The notes under the pieces are model-generated. The model ran no database searches, had not been told where the DNA came from, and saw nothing but the letters and a program-made list of their open reading frames with translations. From Stylophora pistillata (lineage: Eukaryota): a DNA stretch of 64,000 nt. Made by a program: the position numbers and the translations under genes. Positions 26,201 to 37,882 of this stretch are shown here, one piece after another. The stretch covers positions 262,404 to 326,403 of the forward strand of contig NW_019218062.1 of NCBI RefSeq assembly GCF_002571385.2, written 5' to 3'. The first letter of the stretch is position 1; each line of letters opens with the position of its first letter.

Positions 26201-29200
26201 AGTACGAGGATAAAATGGTTGCAGAAAAGTAACTAGGAATGTTGTGTGACACTAAAGTGAAACCCCATTGTGTGAGTTGATTTTAGAGAACATTTTTTTA
26301 AGTCATGAAAATAATTCGGGAGGAACGCAGCAGCGAGAAGATTAGGATTTAAACGGATTTCCGAGATGTCCTCAAAAAGGTGCAAGCTTGCAATGACAAC
26401 AAGAACTTCGAGTTAACAATGTTTTGGAATAGTGGTACTGAGTTAATTACAGATCGAATGATTATTTATTCCCCCCGAATCTTTTTGGCTCACTAGCCAC
26501 TTTCTCCCACCATTTTTGGTAGTTATTTGTAGGCATCTGTAGGACATACTGTCCAGTAGTCAATAGTAACTGATTCTGTCGGCGAAGGCAGTTTTCTAAT
26601 CTTTATATGGGCTGTCGTGTGCGATCCAAATAAGGAAGAATACTTTGAAATTTCACACCTGACAGGAGAAAGGTCCAACTGGACTGAATCCACCATCTGA
26701 GATATTGTTCTAAAGTCACGTCTTCTTGATTATCCTCGGACTCTGTCGTTTTTCGTTGATCCCTGGGGAGATACTACATTAACCAACCATGTGTCGCAAC
26801 TTTTTCTTAAGTGGTTTTTCGATGCAGTGATTTTGGTTCTTCTCCAAAACGTTCAAGTGACGCCCTTGAAACGTGCAGCATGATTCCTAGGATAACAGAT
26901 ACATTGAATCTAAAAATAACTCGAGGGAGTAAACTCAATATTAAGGTTTTCTTAGCCTCCTAGTCCGATGTTCTTCCAGGGAAATCCTCAGAGATCAATA
27001 GCTTTCAATGTAAGGCTCAGTTTTGAAGTGAAGAGAACTAAGCGATACAGGTAAACATTTAACGACATCCTGTCAAGTCTTATCGAAACAAAAATCCAAG
27101 TAAGTGGTGCTTTTAATTCAAATATTCCCTTAACGCCACTTTATCCATATTCCAATAGAGCCTTTAGATTTACACCATAGAGACATATTTTTGTACAAGA
27201 AGGTTCAAATGTAATGACAACGTCAACGGTTGGCTAAACTGCTGAAATTTTATTTAAATAGTACAATACTGTCTAATTTAATTTAATTTAATTTTCGTGT
27301 AGGCAAAAGTCTTGTACATACATATAATGAGGTCATAAAAATATTAGTCGGAAAACTATATTTTTAATAATAAAAAATTAATAAAATGTCTTTAGGCCTT
27401 GTTATCGTGGTCAGCATGGTTTTAAGATTCAATGAGGGAGTAATTTAAGTAATTATTCCAACATCATATGAGGCCTGCATCAGACTTATTGTTATTTATC
27501 TGTTAGTGTAACTTTTTTTCACAAGAGGAAGTTCGTATTCATAATTACTTCTACGAATATGTTCAGAGCACTTTTCATTGAGTGAGGAAAGTAATCGAAT
27601 ATTGTAGGAAATAGACAACTTGCGTATCATACTTGCTACTACTACGACTATAAAAATACTGTTACTACTATCATACTTGCTACTACTACGACCTTATGGA
27701 AATAATCTAATATTACTTTGATTCGTTTTATTTCGTTATGAGATTAGTTCAGAAAACTTGTGCCACTTTAATTTCTCGACCAATCAGATTTAAACTAAAA
27801 TCAATGGCAACTTGCAATTGGTCACTCCCTTCAGGCAGTTTGCTTGTTTTTCGAGTTGTCATTGGCTTCTGGTGAAATTTCTCCTGCTGTGATTGGCCGT
27901 GGGATGACGTTGGATTTAGTTTTACGACACTTAGTCGAAAAGCCCTCTATTATTGCTTGTGTCCCCAGGACAGCGGCTTGTTTATCTAAAACCCTTTACC
28001 TTTGTCACTGGTACCTTAAACATTCGAACAGTACCTGGTTTTGCAGTGGGCGTAGTACATAGCGTAACGTCCGTCACTTCTGGGGCATGTGGGATCGACG
28101 TTTCATCTTTTCTTACTTTAATTTTTTTCACAGGACATAACAAATAAAAATGGAGGAACTGTGGAGTAATTTTTTACTTGAGAGTTTCAAGTGATGTAGG
28201 ACTGCTCGGTCATGCCTAAAGTCACTTAATCAACCAAACGCAAAACTACTTTCGCTGCGCCTTAGACAATTTGTACACCCAGGCGAAAATCATTCCTCAT
28301 TGATATATAGTAGTAAAATTCTGCTTTAAAAATAACTTATTTGCGATTAAGGATGATTTGTACTCAAAAGCCACTGGATTTGCACTTTACTCATGTAGTG
28401 AGACGTTGAATTGGCAGAATAAAATCATTTGTTTTATTTCATTAGCAAGGCCATCTTGTTACATTGGAATTGGTAACTTTTTGCAATGACAGACTTCTTC
28501 AAAAAACCTTCCCAGAAATATTATATGCCTAATTTGTGCGATATAACAAGGTTAGATATAACTAATTGGGGGATTTTTCATTAATAGTATTTTTTTGTGT
28601 ATGTCAAAATTGTTGAGAGAGGCTAGGTGGCGATATTCTGGGTAACATTCTTAGCTGCTAACCTCAAAAGCGTTTTCTGTCGGATTCTTCCACGCCGTTT
28701 TGATTGTCTAGGAAAAAGAGAATTAACTCGCAGTTCAATTTTTTGTCTTTGGGTCTGTTTCGTTAATTGCCTGGGTGCATTTCGGCAGTAAAGTTTTTAG
28801 ACATGCAAATAAATCGACGAAAGTGACATTTTTTCCGAGTAAATGCCGTTTTAAAGATGAACATAAATTTTATTTGAACTCAAGATTAAAAAAAAAAACT
28901 GTCTGGATGGCATTCATAAAGTTAAAGAAGTTTTTTTACAACATACTGTGAGGCAGTCGTCTTTTTTTTCTTTTTTTTTTTCATTTAAGTTTTGCATTCA
29001 AAACAAATTGCATTGTTTAGATAAAATTTAATTTTTACAGGTTACAATACCCCGATTTCTGTCGTTCAAAAATCTTTTCTTGACGATTAACAAACACCAC
29101 AAGCAAGGTGAACAAAAGATTGCTTTCAGGTCTCACCTATGACTTATAGCTTTGTCTATCATTTATTTCAACAAACAATTTGTTTGTTACCAATGTTAAC

Positions 29201-30490
29201 AGCCTTCTGTCGTAATTTTTCTTCCAGTTTCTATAAATTAAGATTCGATTGTAAGAGGTTAAAGATCCAAATATTTGTTTCTACCAGATGGAGTGAGGTG
29301 TCTTCAAATGCAATGAGCCGTGTCAACATCAAATTTCATAGCCATGGTTTAACAACAGGGCGTGTACCGTACCGTACCGTACCCTCGATAAACTTCCCCC
29401 TTTTCATAATGTCGCGCCATTATCGCGTCAGTGATAGTCGGAAACCACTTCAGATATTAAAATAACGTTAACTAGCAAATGATTAACTCTTTTCCAAGAA
29501 CAGGTATTCCAGACGAAAGTCAAAATAACATGTTTTGGTGCGAAATTATTTTGTTATACACTGGAATCTTAGTGACTTCGGACTGCAAAATTAAGTTTAT
29601 TTTACACCGTATTAACTTTCCAGTTTGAAGATGTAGGGTTCTAGATTGATAACTGTGTAAGACTTAAACGCGCGATAGAGGATAAATGGACTTCCAAAGC
29701 GGTTTTCCTACAAATTTCTGGTGTTTCCTTGTCATTTCTAACGACATAACTGGTGAATACTGAAATATTTACAACACGGACTGACCTGATCCGGGAATAG
29801 TAAAGTTAGAAAATGACCTTTCGAAAAACGATAGTAATGGGCGTCTAGTATTGAAAAACACTCGATCACATTGGTGGATAATTTAGCGAAATCAAAACGT
29901 CCAGCAGCAAAAATCTCGTCTCTTTCCCAAAATATGAACTTACGCGCGAGACCCAAATCACCTCACAGGTTGTGAATAATTAACGCTCTACGGTCCTGAC
30001 CTTAGTGAATCAGGGATTACAAAGAATGGTAAATAATTTAGCGTTATCGGGGCCCTGGCATAAAACGTTTTATTTCTGTTTATCATAATTCAATCCGAGT
30101 TTGAGGGAGTAGCCACAGAGATACGGTAAGTTGGACAAGTTTTTATGATACAGTTTCCTAACGAGGAGACTAAGCTCAAGAGAAATTGTTACAGCTAGCC
30201 AAGCTAATAGAAAGCAGACGAGCGAAAACCGCGTAATTTTAAAATTTATTACAATACAGCGTGGGATTGTGACTTGGTAAAGGGAAGGGAAGCGAACCGC
30301 TTACCTCAGGCTTGTTACAGGAAAAGAAATATTTCTTAACTCGTGGTAGATAACGTACTTATTGACCATCAAGTCTTGGAGCGGTCTTGGATTTATACTC
30401 GTAAATCAAGTAGAGAAACTCATCTCGCTTATATGATTAACTCAAACCTAATATTTTGCCTTTAATTTTGCATATCCTTACAGCCTCATC

Positions 30491-32000
30491 ATGGCTACAA
30501 AGGCCCTGTTAGTCTGTCTTTTAATAGCGGCCGTTGTCTTCGTCGAAGCCGGCAAACATCCAAAAGCTAATAAAATCAAGAAAGGTAAGCTTTCTGTTTC
30601 CAATTCAATTTGAATTAGTAACAGAATTTTAAATTATGAGGTAACAGTTAATTTTTTAGAAATTTGACTTCCCGAAATAAAAAAAGGCAAGCTCAGATTC
30701 AAGATTGTCGAAGAAACCGAAGTATTAGAAGTAATGTCAGTCGATATCTTAGCTCCACCTAAATTTGCTCAACGAAACAAAAGGAGAATTGGTGAATTTC
30801 GTCTTGTAAACATACGTTTATCATCAGACCTTGTTCTTTCCGTTTGGAGAGACAGACATCTATTGGGCACTGGCAATACATATTAGTGGTATTTGTATAA
30901 TTCTTGTCTAGTTTTAACTATGATTTTATTCAACTCAAACTGGTCGTTAGTGTAAATGCGAAAAGAAAAGGCATATCTTATTTTAATCTAACATTTTTTA
31001 AAGAAAACCGAAAAAATTCTTGCCACATGTATTCCACCTGTTGCGCGAAGCCAAATGTGTAAATAATCATTTGGTTCAAATTTGACTCATGATAAAAGAC
31101 AAAAAGCGTTAAAATAATGTATTAGTTGTTAAATTGAGTGCAATTAATCAATTGTTTCCGATTTTCAACCTTGCAGCTAAGGCCAGTCCAGGATCCAAGA
31201 AATGCGCCGGCCCATGTGCAGTGTCATGTGCACCTCCTTGTCCTCCTACATGCTGTCCCCCACCACCACCCCCACCGTGCCCACCACCTTGTCCTCCCCC
31301 TTGTCCTCCTCCATGCCCACCACCTCCTCCCCCATGCCCACCACCTTGTATGACCAGTAGTGTACAACACTCTCACAGTCATGCGTGGGCACCAGCTCCT
31401 CCCCCACCATGCCCTCCCCCATGCATGCCTCCAGCTCCCCCTCAGGCTGTTCACCATATCCACCATGTAACACATCACCATATGCTACCTCCTCCTCCAC
31501 CACCCCCACCTCTTCCATGCCCTCCACCATGCCACACCGCTAGCGTTATGCACCATCACAGCCACCAGTGGGCTCCTGCTCCGCCTCCACCTTGCCCACC
31601 TCCCTGTCTCCCACCCGCTCCTCCCCAGAGGATCCATCACGTTCACCAAGTTGTCCACCACATTGTCCACCCACCACCACCACCTCCGCCATGCCCTCCT
31701 CCATGTGTGCAGACCTGCGCACCATCCTGCCCCGTGGCCTGTTGTAAGAAGAACAAGGTAAAGATCGAGGATGAAGCCTCTGGCAATGCTGATGATGAAG
31801 AAGAAGTCAGTGATCAGGAAGAAAAGAAGGAAGAGGAGATTGCCAAGAAAGAGGATAAAGAAGAGGAAAAGCAGGAGGAGAAACAAGAGGATAAACAGGA
31901 AGATAAACAAGAAGACAAACAAGAAGAGAAACAGGAAGATAAACAGGAAGAGGAAAAGAAGGAAGAAAAGAAAGACGACAAAGAGGATGATGAGGATTAA
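30491..32000 (+). CDS. Secreted minicollagen-CRD / polyproline / His-rich protein with an acidic tail (305 aa). Exons 30491-30584, 31177-32000
   Basis: Signal peptide MATKALLVCLLIAAVVFVEA; N-CRD CAGPCAVSCAPPCPPTCC; CPPP repeats; four His-rich blocks; C-CRD CPPPCVQTCAPSCPVACC; E/D/K/Q tail. Phase-1 intron; UTR exon donor at ~30125. Confidence 0.92.
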
Positions 32001-34392
32001 CTTTGCGGAGCTTCATAGATAGGTTTTTTTCGGTGTATGTTACACGAGGTGTCTAGCGTCCAGGACGATGCGCTGTCGATGCGATATGCCTTTAACAGGC
32101 ATGCTCGTACGCCTGTGATTATAAACGCAGTCTTCGATTCACCAATGTGAAGTTTTGAGAGAAGTTGTACATGTGCTTATTGTTGGTATTTAATTAAAGG
32201 TGAAGCGTTTTAAACTATACTTTTCTTTATTTTACTGCCTTTGCCTCTTATAATCTCACGAGTAGTATACCGCACTGGCGAAATTAAAGATACACTGAAA
32301 TAAAATACTGAGCTTTCCAGACTTTCTGTATATTAAAGACAAATTAAGTGGACTTTCGGCCTTCTTTACAACATAAACTCTCATTAATGAAGGAGATAAT
32401 CGGATGCAAGAAAGTCAAACAGAAAAAAACCTAACCGACCCTCCCAGCTCTTCTTGTCCTAGCGAGTCTAACCCTTGAGCTTGAGGGACGGTTTGCAAAA
32501 ACTATCGAGCGGCAAAAGTTCGCTGACATAACATGACGAACTGTTTGTTCAGTATTCTTTCCAGGCTTTAGACTCTTTTGCGTGGCTCCAACCTGACAGG
32601 AGTTAAGGAATTCCTCCCTTACAAGGCAAACGAAGGAAATACTGAAGCGCATATAATATGTAGTGTTGCGCAGAAATCTGTATACGACTCGTTTACTTAA
32701 AAAAGAAAAAAAATTAAGTTCTCCGTGATTCTTAGCAGGTCTAACAGATTTCACCTCGACACATTCAACACAACAGAGTTTCTAAATACAGCGAGATTAT
32801 CCTGTGTCCATCTAACTCACTGGTCCTTGGGTTTACAACGATATTTGAAATGTTATGAGGGTCAGCTACCCCAGTAAACACGGTTATAACATATTTTTTT
32901 ACCAATGAACAAAGAGAAATAAAATAACAACAACAACAGACCCAAGGGAAATGGAAAGAAATTCAAATAATCGTCCTTACTGCTCTGAATCCCTCTTTTT
33001 TTGTTTTGTTTTTTTTTTCTGTTTAGGATCGACGACTCGTTTTTCTCAATTTTATGGTATATTTGGATAAATTTGGTACCCGTGTCTACCATCACCCCTT
33101 CCCAGACTTTATATATCGCTATCTCGTTATTTTATTTTAAGGTGGAAGTAAACACGGGTACAGTGTTAACTGGGGGAAAAACAGGGTATTATAAATAAAT
33201 ATGAAGTATTTATTTGTTCAGCCGTCAAATAATGTTGCAAGACTTTTTACTCGTTATGATGACTCCATATTTTCAATGGAAATCGAATCTCTCGCAAAGT
33301 ATGATAACTGGGGTATTAAGAATCACACATGATTCAAAGTATTTTCTCGGACAATTAACCTGGAGTCTTAAGAAAAAATTTGTCTTCTTGTCAAGGCCGT
33401 CTTCTTTTGAAATTGAAACAATCCTTTAGCGCCAAATAAATTTACTAAATACAAGCACCAGTCCCTTAGTCAATACAACATAACATGAACAAAGAAACGT
33501 TTCAACCCTCATCAGCAGGGGCACTTACAATACTACGTGGAAATATAAGATTTGTAGAAAAGTAGAACATTTTGTGGAGTATTGGAAAGGTTTTCGACAA
33601 GTTTTTCGGTTTCCTGTGATGCAACGGTTGATAACACCCATCCTACGGGTACCCGATCATCAAACGAAAATGTTTTGGTTTATGTCAAAAAATAACCAGG
33701 TGCCAAACGACAAACAAAGAGTTTATTTTCGAGCATTTTCTGAATCGACCAATGCCAAAAAGCAATTAAACATCACCGCTCATAAAATGAGAAAGAACGG
33801 AACGCATCCACGAGGTATTTTTCGGGGTATTTACCGCGAAATTAACGCGCCGACGCCTCGCTGCTTCCACATTGACAGAGTGATGTCGATGACTTAATTC
33901 TTGAGTCATTGAGGCCTGCATAGGGTCTCATAGGTGTGCAATGAAATCAACCAAAACTATGAATAACTCATAGACTTTCTCCAAATCTTGTGATCCGAAG
34001 TCATCGCCAGCCAATAGGAGTCCACTGAACTGGCTAAGACCTGCGACTGGTCAAATGTCGACATAATTAATAAGATCCTCTATTCGAAATCACTTCTCAG
34101 CGCGCTCAGTAGATCGAGACCCGAGCTCTGAATAGAAGGTAAGTTAGACGAATTCCGCCTAATCACAATCTCAATTCCAATAACGCCAAGTGTCTCTACA
34201 ACTTAACTGACTTTGTAGGTTTGGGTTTTGATTTTATCGTTCCGATTACGATCCTCATTATCTAAGTGAATCAATTGTACAAACGCGTTTTAAATGTTTG
34301 CTCGAAGATCATAAAGTGTTTTTAAGATTATCTGTTGACTTTAGTACCGTGCGATACGTTGTAACAAAAATCTCTTATTTTCAGTTGCAGAA

Positions 34393-35603
34393 ATGGCCCG
34401 ACTTGTTGTACTCCTTTTAGCCGTCGTTGTGTGCGTCAGCGCAAAATCTTTTAAAGGTGAGTACCATCTAATTTGCTTTATTTCTTTAGCTAATGGTCAC
34501 AGCAGAATTTCTTCTTCGTTATCATGTTAATCGCAAAGGATTGAAGAAATCCGGAGCGAGCTCTTCCTCTTGGGTTTCGCTTCAAGGTCAGAGGAAATCA
34601 GTTAATATTTCATGCTTGTGTAATCACGGTTTTAAATCCCAATTGAGAAGGACATTGGACAGTTTTATCGCTTCTTAAAAGCGATAAAAATATTTGAAAC
34701 AATGTCTCTGTTTAGTTCACGGCTTTCTTAAAAAGATTTCCTTGTAATGCTATTTACACGACACAAGACAGTAAGCTGAACAATTCAAAACAAATTGTGC
34801 GTTATCGCATTGCCTGAATTGAATGACTCTGAGCCAACTGACTATAAATAAAAACTGCAACGTCCCCAGCCTATACTAATTCTAATGCCTCGCTGCATGT
34901 AAAGGTTTTTAAGGCCTTTTTGTGCATATTTCGCAGGCGTCTACCTTAGAGATAGGTTTGACAAAGTTAGAAAATAATTGTTAACACGGCTGTTGTAGAA
35001 TATCTCATGGGTTAGGGTAGTCTCAAGGGAAAATCATCTAAAATTAATATAATAGGTTGTTTAAAAATTACTCTTAGCTGTTCTTAACGCAAAAATGTGT
35101 TTCGTAAGTACAACAAAGTCGTGAAAAGAAGAATATAATTATACTTCACGAAGTCTTCAATGAAGCGACCCAAACTATAACGTTGTATCTCAACAGAAAA
35201 GAGAGGCGCCATCCCTTGTGGATACCAATGCACCGCCCCAATGTGTGCACCAGCCTGTCCAACTTACTGCTGTGCTCCTCCACCACCACCCCCTCCCCCA
35301 CCACAGCAGATTCACCACACCACCCACATCCACCATCACCACGTTCACCATATGGGACCTCAGGCTCCAGCTATGCCTGCTCCTCCTCAGCCAGCTCCTC
35401 CTCCAGCCACCGTTCAGAGCCAGCAGCACGTATGGGAATACATGCCACCACCGCCACCCTGCCCATGCCCAATGCCAGCTCCTCCCCCAATAGTCGTGCC
35501 TGCCCCACCGTGCCCACCACCCTGCCCACCAACATGCTGCACCCCCGCCCCAGTCTGCCCACCAGCCTGTCCACCTATGTGCTGCAAGAAGCGATCATCA
35601 TAA
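34393..35603 (+). CDS. Secreted minicollagen-CRD / polyproline / His-rich protein (156 aa). Exons 34393-34456, 35197-35603
   Basis: MARLVVLLLAVVVCVSA-KSFKEKR (signal plus dibasic propeptide), then GAIPCGYQCTAPMCAPACPTYCC, polyPro, IHHTTHIHHHHVHH, and tandem C-terminal CRD-like units ending CCKKRSS*. AATAAA at ~35862. Confidence 0.92.
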
Positions 35604-37882
35604 GTTGTCGGCCGTGTACATACAAGGACAGTGACTGCGAACCAGATGTTGTGATATATGGGGTTGTTTTATGATGTATCTTTATGTCGTCGGCGGTGAA
35701 CTCTGCTTCGCCAGGAAAACGACCGAATGGAAATCCGTTACGTTGACGTAATAGTAACATCTATTTACGGACGTTTTGTAGAATATTTTGCGTTCTAGTG
35801 ACAAATTTGTGTACTCGCTCCTTTATGAAGCTTAAAGTTCCCGTCAGAATTCAAATAACTAAATAAAATGTTGTTAATGAGAAACGTATTGAGTGGTTCA
35901 CTGTACTTTTCTAGAATACAATGAAGAATTTTTCCGTTCAACTACACGCTCCCTATGTCATCCAGTCTCCTTGCTTGTTAGATTTCTTTCAAATGAATAG
36001 TTATGTCATCGTACTTGTTGCAAAACTGGGTCGATACACAAGGAAGAAAACAGACAAAATAATCAAGGAAACAAACAAAAATAGACAAATAAAAACACCT
36101 AACTTAAAACGAATGACAAGCGGTATCTCGAGTGGACGAGCAACGTTTTTCCTGCAGTTCGCGGGAAAAAATAAGGCAAAAATGAATGTTCCAAATTAAA
36201 AGACGCGTTGTCTTGTTCTCATTTACAACTTCAATTTGTTTGTTTGCTTTCTGTTTGTTTTATTAACCTTCATAAATATGGAGAAAATAGTCATGTGTTA
36301 ATTTATCAGAAGCTTATCTCAAGATGATGTTGAACGCGTGGTTACTCAAAGAAAACGGTGTATACAGAAGCCATTTAGACATGGCTGGTTTTATACTCGC
36401 CATTATTTAATGGATTGACTTTTTTAAAACTTTCCTTAAGAACATTAGAAAAAAAACATTACATTAGAAAAAAAAAGACAGAGCAGAAACGCCAAATTTC
36501 CTCGCAGCCTATTCCTGGAAAAATAATATGACCTAAGAGAAGACATTTCTCTGCTTGTTTTGTCGGACACATCGTACATATTTTTTTATTTGTTAACTTG
36601 CAAAATTTTTACCCGTCGTTAAGTTGTCTCAGATACTTTAGTACCCTTAATGTTGACTATCATATTATCTCTGGTAAGTGAGTTTTACATCCTTTGCAAT
36701 TGAATGACAGATATTTCCTGATCAATCTTTAGCAGGTCAAGATGTCAACTCGCAAACCTCAAGCGGTCAATAATAAAGCAATTGTCTGTGACAGTAACAA
36801 AAGAAAGTTACGGATATGGTTTGGGAATTGGATGGAACGACCCTTATGGAGGATTTCCCCAAACAATTTCTTAACTGTGACTCCCCTAAGCGAAGGTTTT
36901 GTATTCCTTTATGGTCCATAAATTTTGGTAAAAATATAGATTCATAGCTTACAGGTTGTTTTCATTGTCTCAATATAAACACCATGAAAGTGTCGAAAAA
37001 CTGTTATGAAAGACTTGGATATAGAATTGTTTGCATAGAACCAGCCTTTGCGAGACAGACCACCAGTAAGTCGTGAAAGATTAATGGCCAGCGGTGTAAA
37101 GGGGCGCCTCGTGTCATAGACCATAGCTGTTCGATTACGTCGTTAGATTGGATCGTTTGGTCATGCATGAATAACTATACACGAACCAATCAAAAGCTTT
37201 AACCCCGAACGGGTAGTGCAAACGATTAGCGCATCGTAACGTCTTCCATTTAAAGCAAAGAAGCAATTTCTTGATTGTGTTGCCCGAGGAATCAGGGATT
37301 TTAGGTTTTCCTGAGAAAAAGGTAAGAGTCTTAGTCTCAGACTATACATAATTGCTATAGTGATAATCAAATAAGATATTTAACCCAAAACTTCTTTCTT
37401 AAATTACAATAACATAAAGCTATATAACTACAGCTTTTTTCCTGTTTCTATTACTCAGCCACTCGAATTGTATGAATTGCATTATCTTGTAAATTGTGTT
37501 TATTTTATAAACTTCAGGCCCTTGTCACTGTATGTGCCTAAAGTGTTATCGATTATACCAATCTAAAATGGAAATTTAAATCTGACGGCTATTTTTTTTA
37601 ATACCCGAATGTCCTGGGGTAAATATTTCAACCTCCCCGTTGAGCAGAATAATAAAGACAATTTATGTAAGGAGTGTAGTTTAGCTTTCTTTTAAGGCTA
37701 ACTACATATCTGTGTTGGTGTATTCTCGTCGAATATATGAAAATTTTTTCAGCGATAAAGGCAATTTGGAAACCATCCCAACGAGGAGAAAATAATTTAA
37801 TAACCTTGGAAAGAAGGGAAAGAACCTTTGCAAAGCTTGGGATGTATTTGCTATGATTTTTTTCTTCTTTTTATCAGGCAAC

